NCBI GenBank assembly: GCA_038891095.1
Contig: JAWAEV010000001.1
Span: forward strand, 228,468-292,467
Reading direction: 5' to 3'
DNA from: Candidatus Altiarchaeota archaeon
GTDB taxonomy: Archaea; Altiarchaeota; Altiarchaeia; IMC4; QMZM01
Length of the DNA stretch: 64,000 nt
Below, piece by piece: positions 1-9,702 of this stretch. Positions within the stretch are counted from its first letter, which is position 1. Each line of letters begins with the position of its first letter. The translations under genes were made by a program, and so were the position numbers. The notes under the pieces are model-generated. The model saw only the letters and a program-made list of their open reading frames with translations, did not search any database and was not told the DNA's origin.

Positions 1-1
1 C

Positions 2-691
2 TTTGCTTAGAATTATTCCATGATCGTTACCATTTTCGATTTTTTTTGGGTTACTCCTTTTTTTAAATTTTGAATAAGAAATAAATGCAACAATTAATAT
101 CACCAGGATTGCTATTATGTAGATTACTTCTTCTCTGATCTCTTGTTTTTCCCCAGTAGAAACTTTAGTAGTTAGAAATGTTGTAGTCACTATGGTTTTC
201 ATTGGGGCTTCTAGAAATTTATAACTAAGGGAAATTTTTTTATTCTCTCCAAAATTTTTTAGTTCCCAATAAACATCAACTGAATTTTCAAGATTTTTTA
301 TCATCGCTTTGGGTGAAGTCTCTATTATTGCAACATTTTTTGGGAGAGATAATGTAATTTCTGCTGTTCTTAGTGTTGGAATTTCCATTTCAAAATCCCA
401 AGTGTCTCCTTTTTTTGAAGTTAAAATTGAGCTATAGTAAGCTATAAAAGCAGAATCATCAGCTAATAGAATGTCAATACCATTCTCTGCTTGTAAATAA
501 AGTGCATTCTCAACTATAAGAGACCCAACATCTAAAGGCAAGGGTATGTTAACTGTTCCATTTCCATCAAGTGCTATTACTACGAAAGAATTCCCATTTT
601 CAGCAACAGTTATATCGTAAATTCCAGAAATTGCACTTGAATTTGAAATTACAATTAAAATTAAAAATAGTGGTAAGAATCTTGTTTTCAT
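2..691 (-). CDS. Partial (runs off the left edge) secreted/membrane-anchored protein, probably a COG2512-type membrane protein with a C-terminal HTH
   Basis: Not in the ORF track. ATG at 691 overlaps the gcvH stop (ATGA). It reads MKTRFLPLFLILIVISNSSAISGIYDITVAENGNS... with a signal peptide, beta-rich domain, Thr-rich linker and TM helix (IYIIAILVILIVAFISY). Open to the window edge; the HTH is inferred, not seen. Confidence 0.7.
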   Translation of the reverse strand, partial: MKTRFLPLFLILIVISNSSAISGIYDITVAENGNSFVVIALDGNGTVNIPLPLDVGSLIVENALYLQAENGIDILLADDSAFIAYYSSILTSKKGDTWDFEMEIPTLRTAEITLSLPKNVAIIETSPKAMIKNLENSVDVYWELKNFGENKKISLSYKFLEAPMKTIVTTTFLTTKVSTGEKQEIREEVIYIIAILVILIVAFISYSKFKKRSNPKKIENGNDHGIILSK

Positions 692-1077
692 TTTTCTTTG
701 AAAAATTTTTTTGCTTTCTCAGAATCCATTAGCTCTGAAACTTCTTCTTTTTTTAAAATTTTTATTTTTGCAATCCAACCTTTTCCATAAGGATCATTAT
801 TAAGAATTGTTGGATCATCAAGCAAATTTTCATTTACTTCTATAATCTCGCAGCTTAAGGGTATCTTTAATTGACCAGCCCATTTTACTGCCTCTATCAT
901 GGAGTATGTTTCACCTTTTTTAAATTTTTTTCCTTTTTTTGGTAGCTCAATGTATGCAATCTCCTTTGCTTTTTTTACAGCAAATTCAGTAATACCAATA
1001 ACTGCAAATTCACCTTGGATTTTAACCCAATTATTCTCGCTGTCATAAAGCAAATCCTCTGGAAAATTATATTCCAT
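688..1077 (-). CDS. gcvH: Glycine cleavage system H protein (lipoyl carrier)
   Basis: FPEDLLY..NWVK, GITEFA, IELP, lipoyl-Lys motif IEAVKW, and NNDPYGKGWI. Confidence 0.9.
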   Translation of the reverse strand: MEYNFPEDLLYDSENNWVKIQGEFAVIGITEFAVKKAKEIAYIELPKKGKKFKKGETYSMIEAVKWAGQLKIPLSCEIIEVNENLLDDPTILNNDPYGKGWIAKIKILKKEEVSELMDSEKAKKFFKEK

Positions 1078-1125
1078 TTTTAGATTCTGTATGATTAAAT
1101 TGAGAATATAAAAATAAAATATGTG

Positions 1126-1920
1126 CTACTTTCGCATATTGCTCCTCCTAAGAGTAAAATATAAGATGTAGACTATATAGATAGACATTATAAAAATCAA
1201 AATCAATTTTGCTAATGCAAAAGATGAGCAGGTTATGCAATAGTTTTCTTTTGTCTGTAGTGTCGTTGTTGTCTCAATAGAGAATATTTCAGATTTTTCT
1301 TTTGAAATCTTAGTACACTCATTTTTAATGCATATAATACTAAAATTTTTTGCAAGTTCATTACAGAAATCTGAGCATTCTCCTGTTTCTTCAAAATAAA
1401 TTTTATTTCCATAAAAACACTCATCTTCTTCTTTTCTTTTTCCACAAATACAATCATAATCTTCTTCACAAAATTTTTCATTTATCGTCCTTATTGTTGT
1501 TTTTGTTGTAGATGTTTTCTTTGTGGTTGTTATTTTTGTTTCTACAAAAGGAAATACAGTAAAATTAACTTTCTCAGTAGCATTTCCAAAATTTGCAATT
1601 AATGAGTAATCTCCAATTTCAATTGGTTTAAAATAGAAATCTCTCTCGAAATTTTCACTTATTGGAAATGCATTTGCGCAGCTGTAGCATTGTCCTGGTG
1701 ATGGTTTAGCTATAAAAGTTTTAACTAACTTGAAGTTATTTTTTTCGATTTTGTATAGATATAAAGCTCCGCCAATTGGTTTTGAAGTATAAACTCCGAG
1801 ATGAATTTTTATTTCTTCTCCAAACTTCAGCTCTGTTGCATTCACTGATAAAAAAATTTTTGTTGCTGATGCATTTGCTATTATGATAAAAAACATGCAA
1901 AAGAAAGTTATGTATCTCAT
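1126..1920 (-). CDS. Secreted, C-terminally anchored surface protein with a cysteine-cluster domain
   Basis: Signal peptide, Ig-like N-domain with CYSC, Thr/Lys-rich linker, CEEDYDCIC..C..CSDFC..C..C cluster, then a TM helix with a basic tail. Confidence 0.7.
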   Translation of the reverse strand: MRYITFFCMFFIIIANASATKIFLSVNATELKFGEEIKIHLGVYTSKPIGGALYLYKIEKNNFKLVKTFIAKPSPGQCYSCANAFPISENFERDFYFKPIEIGDYSLIANFGNATEKVNFTVFPFVETKITTTKKTSTTKTTIRTINEKFCEEDYDCICGKRKEEDECFYGNKIYFEETGECSDFCNELAKNFSIICIKNECTKISKEKSEIFSIETTTTLQTKENYCITCSSFALAKLILIFIMSIYIVYILYFTLRRSNMRK

Positions 1921-1923
1921 TAT

Positions 1924-4077
1924 TTAAATTTGCAAATTTAATGGGATAGAGATTAAATTCCAACCGTCTCTCAATTGAATTGTAAATTCTCTTTTTTCAG
2001 TTTCACTACCAATGCAATAAATGCTTAGATGAGAAACATTTGCCCAGATATAGTTCTCATAGCTATTAACGCCTATGCCATAAACCCAATCCCAGGTATC
2101 ATTAAGTAGCATCCATTCAGGAGTTGTCTCGTTGTACCAGTAAAAGCCCAAAGATGATTCGTTTATTCCTTTAGAATTAACTTCTTCATCTGTATAGAAA
2201 ATTTTTATCATTATTGCTTTTAAAGAGTTCTGCAAGTTTTGACTTATATTTATTTCAATGTATTTTCCAAGTTCCAATGCAGAAAAGACAGTATTTGTCG
2301 GGTTATAGCTATAGTATTTTATAGTTATCTCTGCATTTGTTACATTTTCAAATGTTAAAATTTCAAGAGTTGTGTTTGTTTCATTTTTTGCATCTATAAC
2401 TGATGTTACATTTGCAGTTATGTTAATAATTGTGTTGTATCTATACTTTGGATTAACATTCAAATATCCACAAGACATATTATGGAAATTTCCATAAGTG
2501 TCATTCACAAAAGAAAAAATTTCAGTATAATTTCCAAGCATGCTGCTCGTATCTATGTAAGTCCAATATGTAGAGGAGGTATTTTCTATTAAATTTAAAA
2601 TTGAACCATCTAAAGTCCACCAAATTAAGCTAAAAGGATAAGTTCCTTTGCTTATGTTAGAACTCAATCGAACAACTGCTCCTTGCTCAACATCTGTTTG
2701 GTTAAGCCAACACGCTGTAATATTTGGTAGTTTAGTTAAGCTAAATATAGCTGCTAAAACATTTATCCTTGAAAAATTTAAACCATTATCCAGATCAGTG
2801 ATATTCTTACCAGTTGCTTTCAGGTAATATTCAATTTCATCAGGTGTTATATCTGGTTTATATTGCCTTAGCAAAGCAGCTGCTCCAGCAACATGGGGAG
2901 TAGCCATTGAAGTACCGCTCATAGATTGATAACCATAATCAACAACTGTAGAGAATATACTTTGCCCAGGTGCTAATAAATCAAGATTCTCGCCAGTGTT
3001 TGTGAATGAAGAGATAACATCTCCCTTAGTAGTAGAGCCAACTGATGTTACATTAGGAGAGCATGCAGGATATGAAATTCCATTTGAATATCCATTATTC
3101 CCAGAAGCAACTGAAACAAAAATTCCTAAGGAATGTGCCACATTTATTACTGAATCCATATAAGTAGGACAATTTGATGATGTATATTGTCCATCATCAC
3201 CTAAACTCATAGTTATAACAGAAATATTATATTTACTATAATTGCTATTACACCAATCTATAGCGGCAATAATATCTGAGTCACTACAATAACCAGAAGC
3301 ATTACATACTTTTAATGCTAAAAGTTTAGCATCTGGTGCAACTCCTCTTAAAAGACCATTTGCAGCAACAATTCCAGCAACATGTGTGCCATGATCATTG
3401 TCGTCCATTGGATCATTATCACTATTTACAAAATCATATCCTGAAATAACTTTGGAACAATTTCCATTTAAAAATTGTTCCTGAGTGCAGTTTCCTAAGT
3501 CTTGATGCCTGTAATCTATACCAGTATCTATAACGCAAACTGTTTGACCTTTGCCTGTGATATTCTCATTATTAACTTTAATTTTCCAAACATCAGTTGC
3601 ATTAATCAGAGGTACGCTCTCATCTAGCAATATTTTTAATTTCCTATCAAAATAAATTGCCTCTATATCCGGATCTTTTTTTAATTTCTCTATGACCTCT
3701 CCTTTTAGGCTACCAGAAATTGAATTTATTGTTTTATAGAGATATTTAACTTTAAAATCATTAGGTGAATTTAATTTCAAATTAGATAGAAATTTTTCCT
3801 GATTTTTCCTTATAGAATATTGTAGAGTTGTTAAATTTTTATATTGTGGAGCAAGAGTAACACTATTTTGCATATCATTCCTTAGCAAAATAATGACAGG
3901 CACTTCATCTTTTTCATTTAATTGTCTTAAAATTTCTACATCTATTTTAGGAAAATTTTGTTCTGCAGTTATTTCTGCTTTTTGAGTTGTCAAATATAAT
4001 TGAGATGAATAATCAGCAATTGACAGCTTTAAAATAAATGCACTTAAAAAAATTAGGAACACTATTTTTTTTCGCAT
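1924..4077 (-). CDS. Secreted subtilisin-like (S8) serine protease with propeptide and C-terminal surface domains
   Basis: Catalytic triad motifs VIDTGID, HGTHVAG and GTSMATPHVAG; signal peptide; many N-x-S/T sequons. Confidence 0.95.
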   Translation of the reverse strand: MRKKIVFLIFLSAFILKLSIADYSSQLYLTTQKAEITAEQNFPKIDVEILRQLNEKDEVPVIILLRNDMQNSVTLAPQYKNLTTLQYSIRKNQEKFLSNLKLNSPNDFKVKYLYKTINSISGSLKGEVIEKLKKDPDIEAIYFDRKLKILLDESVPLINATDVWKIKVNNENITGKGQTVCVIDTGIDYRHQDLGNCTQEQFLNGNCSKVISGYDFVNSDNDPMDDNDHGTHVAGIVAANGLLRGVAPDAKLLALKVCNASGYCSDSDIIAAIDWCNSNYSKYNISVITMSLGDDGQYTSSNCPTYMDSVINVAHSLGIFVSVASGNNGYSNGISYPACSPNVTSVGSTTKGDVISSFTNTGENLDLLAPGQSIFSTVVDYGYQSMSGTSMATPHVAGAAALLRQYKPDITPDEIEYYLKATGKNITDLDNGLNFSRINVLAAIFSLTKLPNITACWLNQTDVEQGAVVRLSSNISKGTYPFSLIWWTLDGSILNLIENTSSTYWTYIDTSSMLGNYTEIFSFVNDTYGNFHNMSCGYLNVNPKYRYNTIINITANVTSVIDAKNETNTTLEILTFENVTNAEITIKYYSYNPTNTVFSALELGKYIEINISQNLQNSLKAIMIKIFYTDEEVNSKGINESSLGFYWYNETTPEWMLLNDTWDWVYGIGVNSYENYIWANVSHLSIYCIGSETEKREFTIQLRDGWNLISIPLNLQI

Positions 4078-4113
4078 TTTTTATTTAAGAATAGGTATGT
4101 AATTTTAAATATT

Positions 4114-4941
4114 ATGTCAAATATTTTTCATGATATAAAATCGCTTAGAATTCAAGGCGCAACTAATATTGCTTTAGCATCTCTCAAATACTTAAAAAAA
4201 TTTTCAGACAAAAAAGGTTTTGGAAAAAAATTTGATATTGAAACTGAAAAACTGCTAAGACTTAGACCAACTGCTGTTGTTCTTTATAATGTTATTAATG
4301 AGCTAAAAAAAGAAAAATCAAATGAGAAAATTTCTCAGCTAATACAAGAACTTGAGAATGCAAAAGAGAGAATAGCAAAGAATGGTGCCCCTTTGATAAA
4401 AAATGGATTTCAAGTGCATACACATTGCCATTCAACTCATGCTTTAGCTGTAATAAAAGAGGCAGCACTACAAGGAAAGAGATTTTCAGTTATAGTTGAC
4501 ATTACCGAACCAAGATTACAAGGGGTAAAAACAGCAAAGGAATTAGCAAAGATGGAAAATATAAAAGTTATATTAATAGCAGATAATGCCGCAGGACTTG
4601 CACTTTCACCACCTTTCTTTCCAATAGATGATTTAGTTATCGTAGGAGCAGATGCAATTCGCAAAGAAGGAGTTGTTAATAAAATCGGAACTTACCTTTT
4701 AGCTGTTGCAGCAAAAGAGCAAAAGATTCCATTTTATGTTGCAACAACAACATTCGCTATAGATAAAAGAAGAAAATTTAAAATTGAAGAAAGACCAGCA
4801 TCTGAAATTTATAAAAAAATTCCAGGCGTTGAGATAAGGAATCCCGCATTTGATATAACCCCTTTAAAGTATATCACGGGATTTATAACTGAGAAAGGTA
4901 TTTTCTCATCAGAAGAATTTAGGAGAGATTTCATATATTAA
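4114..4941 (+). CDS. eIF-2B family protein, most likely ribose-1,5-bisphosphate isomerase
   Basis: IQGATNIA, RPTA, THCHS (catalytic Cys of R15P isomerases), VGADAI, NKIGT, NPAFDITP. Confidence 0.8.
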   Translation: MSNIFHDIKSLRIQGATNIALASLKYLKKFSDKKGFGKKFDIETEKLLRLRPTAVVLYNVINELKKEKSNEKISQLIQELENAKERIAKNGAPLIKNGFQVHTHCHSTHALAVIKEAALQGKRFSVIVDITEPRLQGVKTAKELAKMENIKVILIADNAAGLALSPPFFPIDDLVIVGADAIRKEGVVNKIGTYLLAVAAKEQKIPFYVATTTFAIDKRRKFKIEERPASEIYKKIPGVEIRNPAFDITPLKYITGFITEKGIFSSEEFRRDFIY

Positions 4942-5507
4942 ATTTTCTCATAAAGGCCAATTAATTCAGCTTTTGCAAGAATATGGCCTTGCATTGCTTT
5001 CTCTAAATCAGATTTTTTTGAATTTTCTTTTATGTTTAGGATAGTGTCTAATGCATATAACTTAAAGAAATATCTATGAACTCCAGATGGAGGACATGGA
5101 CCACCGTAACTATTTTTTTTCCAGCTATTCTGCCCTTGTATTGCATTTTTAGGGATTTCCCCTTCTAAAATTTCCTTTGTTTCTGGAGGGATATTCCAAA
5201 TTATCCAATGGTCCCATGTGCCAAGGGGAGCATCAGGATCATCCATAATTAATGCCAAACTTTTTGCTTCTTTCGGAATTTCTGAAAATTCTAATGGAGG
5301 ATTTATATCTTGCCCTTGACAAGTGTACTTTATTGGAATTTTTCCATTTTGCTCAAATGCAGAACTTTTTATTTTCATTTTAACTTTATCTTCTTTAGCT
5401 ACATCAAAAGAAATTTTTTCTTCTTTTTGCTCTTTAATACAACAACTTAAGATTAAGAAAGAAAATAAAAAAAGAATAACTAATAATTTTATTTTTTTAC
5501 TTTCCAT
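4938..5507 (-). CDS. YbhB/YbcL (PEBP/Raf kinase inhibitor-like) protein with a lipoprotein-like signal
   Basis: DDPDAP..WDHWIIWNIP, YGGPCPPSGVHRYFFKLYALD; N-terminal LILSCC. Confidence 0.92.
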   Translation of the reverse strand: MESKKIKLLVILFLFSFLILSCCIKEQKEEKISFDVAKEDKVKMKIKSSAFEQNGKIPIKYTCQGQDINPPLEFSEIPKEAKSLALIMDDPDAPLGTWDHWIIWNIPPETKEILEGEIPKNAIQGQNSWKKNSYGGPCPPSGVHRYFFKLYALDTILNIKENSKKSDLEKAMQGHILAKAELIGLYEKI

Positions 5508-6418
5508 TTCTCATTTAAAAATTTATTTACTTCCTTAAAAGTAGGATATTTCTCACTTCCATAGCCTAAGGTTGAGAGAGCAGCAGCTGCATTTGCAAAA
5601 TTTCCAATTTTTTCAAGAGACCATTTTTTGAAATGTCCAAAAACAAATGCAGCATCAAAGACATCTCCAGCTCCTGTAGTATCAACTGGTCTAACTTTAA
5701 ATACCGGAATGAAAATTCTTTCATTTTTTGTTGCTATATAGCTTCCTTTCTTTCCTAATTTTAGTGCAATAATCTTTGGCCCAAAGGAAAGTAATTTATT
5801 GCAAATCTTTTCTTTTGTGTTTTCATTTGCTATTTTTTGTCCTTCTCTAAAATTTGGAAAGAAAATGTCAACTCTGCTTAAAATTTTTCTTAACAGCTTT
5901 ATGTCTTTTTCTGACCAACCTTTTGGGTCCCAACCTGTGTCAAATGTTGTTATCATACCTTTTGAATGAGCATAATTTAATATCTTAAAAGTATTTTTTC
6001 TCAAGCCCTGGAGAAAGAAAGAAGCAATATGTAAGTAATAACCTTGTATATCTTTAAAATTTATATTCTCTATAGAAAACTTGGAATTTGCGCCTGTATA
6101 GGTTAGAAAGGCCCTCGTGTTATCATAAAAAGGTATTGCTATTGTTGAAGCAGTTTTTTCATCTCTTGAAATTTTTAAATCAACCTTGGTAAGGGAATTT
6201 AAAACAAATTTGCTGAAGATATCATTCCCAACTTTGCCAATTAGCCTCGTTTTTAGTCCAAGAATTGAAAGAGCCTTTGCAAAATTTGCAGCACAACCGC
6301 CTGATGTTAATGTTATATTTTTTATTAACAGTTGTGCATCTCTCTCCGGAAAATCTCTTAGTTTAGAGGTTATAATATCAAGATTAATGTCACCTATTGC
6401 AGTTGCATAGATTCTCAT
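5489..6418 (-). CDS. PfkB/ribokinase family carbohydrate kinase
   Basis: GGCAANFA..L..LG, GKVGND, PNFRE, DTTGAGDVFDAAF. Confidence 0.93.
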   Translation of the reverse strand: MRIYATAIGDINLDIITSKLRDFPERDAQLLIKNITLTSGGCAANFAKALSILGLKTRLIGKVGNDIFSKFVLNSLTKVDLKISRDEKTASTIAIPFYDNTRAFLTYTGANSKFSIENINFKDIQGYYLHIASFFLQGLRKNTFKILNYAHSKGMITTFDTGWDPKGWSEKDIKLLRKILSRVDIFFPNFREGQKIANENTKEKICNKLLSFGPKIIALKLGKKGSYIATKNERIFIPVFKVRPVDTTGAGDVFDAAFVFGHFKKWSLEKIGNFANAAAALSTLGYGSEKYPTFKEVNKFLNEKWKVKK

Positions 6419-7059
6419 CTTTTAAGTTTTAAATTCACAAGAACATGGTCTTTATCATATGGTTTTAAATCTATTATCTGCAGAACTTGAAACTTGCTTT
6501 TTAATTTATCTATTTCCTGATTGAAAATTTTTTTTGGTTCTTGAATTGAGTTTATGCTCCGAGCTTTTATTGCAAGCATTGCATATTCTGGCATAAAATA
6601 TTCGGAATTCTTAAGAAGAATTTCTGCTTGATTCTTTTGAGAGATATCCTGATAAAGTAGATCAACCAAAGAGACAAAAGTATATTGCTCTGGTTTATTT
6701 GCATCTGCGAAAATTGGAACCATATTCTTTCTTTTTTCACAAATTTGAACTAGTTCTTGCATCATCCTACTTGAAAATTCAACACAAAAAACAAAGCCTT
6801 TTGTTATGTCTGCTATATGGCTTGCTGTTGTGCCAGAGGATGCTCCAAGATAAAGGACATTTGTCCTTTTAGAAATTGGAAAAAATTTTAAACCATTTAA
6901 AATTCCTGCAGCGAGTTTACTTCTGTAAGGATCCCAAACTCTAAATTCTTTGCCATTCTTTCTCAACAGCTTTTCACCATAAACTCTAAAGCCAACTAAG
7001 GAATTTTCAGTTGCTATTTCTGAATTTAACCTAAAAACTCCTGGAAATATCTCCTTCAT
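6415..7059 (-). CDS. flpA: Fibrillarin-like rRNA/tRNA 2'-O-methyltransferase
   Basis: VYGE, WDPYRSKLAA, VLYLGASSGTTASH, VEFS, IKARSI. Confidence 0.97.
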   Translation of the reverse strand: MKEIFPGVFRLNSEIATENSLVGFRVYGEKLLRKNGKEFRVWDPYRSKLAAGILNGLKFFPISKRTNVLYLGASSGTTASHIADITKGFVFCVEFSSRMMQELVQICEKRKNMVPIFADANKPEQYTFVSLVDLLYQDISQKNQAEILLKNSEYFMPEYAMLAIKARSINSIQEPKKIFNQEIDKLKSKFQVLQIIDLKPYDKDHVLVNLKLKR

Positions 7060-7108
7060 TTTCTTCTGTTCTATTATAAATTTAGTATTAACTGATTTAT
7101 CTTATAAA

Positions 7109-8086
7109 ATGTTCTTATTACCAAAAATTCCAGAACATAAAGAGCTGATAAACATTGCATTCAGAAAAGGTAGGCTCGCTGCAAATTCAATAAAAGGTAG
7201 TAAAAAACCAAAGTCAAAGGAAGTTAGAGCTAGGATTGCAGAGGAAGAGAGGATAAAAACCATAAGTAATTTTTTACAATCAAAATTTGAATGTATCTTG
7301 CAAAAATTTCCAAGATATGAAAAATTACCAAGGTTCTATCAACGCCTTTTAGATTTGAAAATTAGCAAAGATGATTATAAGAGAACACTTGGTGCTTTGA
7401 AGTGGTGCTCAAAAATTGTGAGAAATTTAGAAAAGGAAAAAATTTCTGAGATAAAAAAGGGGAAAAATTTAAATGCAAGTAGGGAGTTTCTTGGTAGAGT
7501 CTCATCTGTTTTAAAACAAATTTCTGATGACCTAAAAAATTTGAATGAAATGCGAAAATTAATTGAAAATTTTCCTGTTGTTGAGGATATTGAAACATTA
7601 GTTATTGCAGGTTATGCAAATGTTGGAAAGTCAACCTTCCTGAGAAATTTAACTGGTTCAAAAGTTAAAGTTGCACCCTATCCTTTCACAACAAAAGATA
7701 TTTTAGTGGCATATAAAAATTTTAAGTATGAAAAATATCAGATAATTGATACTCCTGGTCTACTTGATAGGCCTATTGAGAAGAGAAATAAAATTGAAAT
7801 GCAAGCAATTTTAGCTTTAGAAGAATTAGCTAATAAAGTACTCTTTATTTTTGATCCAACAATTGAAATAGAAAAACAAATTTCTCTTTATGGAAATGTG
7901 AAAAAAATTTTAAAGAATGTAGAAATTCTTGCAGTTATTAATAAGAAGGATATTTCTGAGCGAGATGAAATTGAAAAATTTAAAAATAGGTTGAAAAATT
8001 TTGACATTTCAATACTTGACGATATCTCTGCAAATAATAAAAAAGATTGTGAAAGAATTTTTATGAAAATTTTTGAGTTAAATTGA
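7109..8086 (+). CDS. NOG1 family GTP-binding protein
   Basis: GYANVGKST, PYPFTT, DTPGLLDRP..RNKIE.QA, INKKD, DISA. Confidence 0.93.
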   Translation: MFLLPKIPEHKELINIAFRKGRLAANSIKGSKKPKSKEVRARIAEEERIKTISNFLQSKFECILQKFPRYEKLPRFYQRLLDLKISKDDYKRTLGALKWCSKIVRNLEKEKISEIKKGKNLNASREFLGRVSSVLKQISDDLKNLNEMRKLIENFPVVEDIETLVIAGYANVGKSTFLRNLTGSKVKVAPYPFTTKDILVAYKNFKYEKYQIIDTPGLLDRPIEKRNKIEMQAILALEELANKVLFIFDPTIEIEKQISLYGNVKKILKNVEILAVINKKDISERDEIEKFKNRLKNFDISILDDISANNKKDCERIFMKIFELN

Positions 8087-8088
8087 AT

Positions 8089-9375
8089 ATGACAAGGGTT
8101 AGCATTCTTACATATGGTTGTTCGATGAACAAAGCAGACTCTGAAATAATTTCAGGAATGCTTAAAAGGCAAGGTATTCGAATAGTAAATGACTCGGAGA
8201 TAGTTATTGTGAATACATGCGCAGTTAAAACACCAACAGAGAGGAAAATTTTGAAAAAGTTAAGAGAGCTTGAGAAATCTAAAAAGAAGGTTATTGTTGT
8301 TGGTTGTCTACCTATAGCACAACCAGAAATATCAGAAAAGTTCAAAAAATTTTCATTCATTGGAGCAAATTTTTCTGATATTCCAATAGCAATAAATTAT
8401 GCTATTAAAGGAAAAAAATTTGTAGAAATTTCAAATGAAAGAGAAATTGAATTTGAAACTAAGCTCAGAAGCAACAAGTTTGTTGAGATAACACCAATAG
8501 CACAAGGATGCTTAGGTAGTTGTTCATATTGCATAACAAAAATTTCTCGAGGAAAATTAAAGTCAATTCCAGAGGAAAAAATTTTGAAGCATATTGAAAA
8601 TGCACTAAAAGAGAATGTAAAGGAAATTTGGCTTACTGCTCAGGATACTGGAGCTTACGGATTTGACATTGGCACAAATTTACCAAATTTAGTTAGAGAA
8701 ATAACTAAGCTAAATGGGAAATTCTTTATTCGCATAGGAATGATGAATCCCGAAAATGCAAAGAAAATTTTAGACGAACTAATTGAAATTTATAAAAGTG
8801 AAAAAGTCTACAAATTTTTTCACTTGCCAGTGCAATCAGGCGACGATGAAATTCTTGAGAAAATGCAAAGAAACTATACTGTTGAAGATTTCAAAAAAAT
8901 TTTATATAAATTAAGAGAAGAAATTCCTGAGATTACAATTTCGACTGATATAATAGTTGGCTTTCCTACTGAAAGTGAAGAACAATTTCAAAATACTTTA
9001 AAGTTGATAGGGGAGATTAAACCAGATGTTCTTAACATTTCAAGATTTTGGCCAAGACCAAAAACCATGGCAGCTAAAATGACACAATTACCTGGAAGAG
9101 AAACAAAAAGAAGATCAAGAATTGCTACTGAGCTTTTCAAAAAAATTGGTTTAGAAAGAAACAAAAGATGGATTTCATGGCAAGGTGAAGCTCTAATTTC
9201 TGAGTATGATAAAAAAACAAACACTTATACAGCAAGAAATTTTGCTTATAAACCAATAATTTTGAAGTCAAGGGAAAATTTACTTGGAGAATTTGTTAGA
9301 GTAAAGGTAAAGGAAGCAACATGCTATGATTTAAGAGCTGAAGTTCTAAGAGCTACTACCAATGCCAATAAGTGA
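8089..9375 (+). CDS. mtaB: tRNA t6A37 methylthiotransferase (MiaB-like, archaeal MtaB/CDKAL1 type)
   Basis: TYGCSMN..DSE, NTCAVK, radical SAM motif CLGSCSYC, IRIGMMNP, HLPVQSG, C-terminal TRAM domain. Start is ATG 8089 or TTG 8083. Confidence 0.9.
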   Translation: MTRVSILTYGCSMNKADSEIISGMLKRQGIRIVNDSEIVIVNTCAVKTPTERKILKKLRELEKSKKKVIVVGCLPIAQPEISEKFKKFSFIGANFSDIPIAINYAIKGKKFVEISNEREIEFETKLRSNKFVEITPIAQGCLGSCSYCITKISRGKLKSIPEEKILKHIENALKENVKEIWLTAQDTGAYGFDIGTNLPNLVREITKLNGKFFIRIGMMNPENAKKILDELIEIYKSEKVYKFFHLPVQSGDDEILEKMQRNYTVEDFKKILYKLREEIPEITISTDIIVGFPTESEEQFQNTLKLIGEIKPDVLNISRFWPRPKTMAAKMTQLPGRETKRRSRIATELFKKIGLERNKRWISWQGEALISEYDKKTNTYTARNFAYKPIILKSRENLLGEFVRVKVKEATCYDLRAEVLRATTNANK

Positions 9376-9702
9376 AACTCCAAGAATTATCAAAGCAATG
9401 CCAAGCCACTTTTCTTTGCTCATTTTCTCATTTAGGAATTTTACAGAAAGAAAACAAACGATAACATAACCCAAAGAAACAACAGGATATAAAACAGAAA
9501 GTTCTCCACCTTTAAGTGCATTTACATAAAAAATAACTGAGATTCCATAGAGAATTGCACCTTTTATCAATTCAAAATTTTTTAGGATATCAAAAAATTT
9601 TCTTGAGAGTTTTTCTGAACCAATTTTAAAGTACAAAGATGCAAATGCTCCTAATAGTATTGCTATGAACAAATATGTTAATGTTGACAAAATTTCAACC
9701 AT
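9346..9702 (-). CDS. Small EamA/DMT (ArnE/ArnF-like) 4-TM transporter subunit
   Basis: Four hydrophobic helices; ALKGGELSVLYPVVSLGY; FLNEK...KWLGIALIILGV. Start reassigned to ATG 9702. Confidence 0.85.
   Translation of the reverse strand: MVEILSTLTYLFIAILLGAFASLYFKIGSEKLSRKFFDILKNFELIKGAILYGISVIFYVNALKGGELSVLYPVVSLGYVIVCFLSVKFLNEKMSKEKWLGIALIILGVSLIGIGSSS

Noticed and set aside
8089-9375. Functional link between MtaB and its substrate tRNA-Lys(UUU) in the same window
   Set aside because: They are 30 kb apart; co-occurrence is expected by chance in a small genome.
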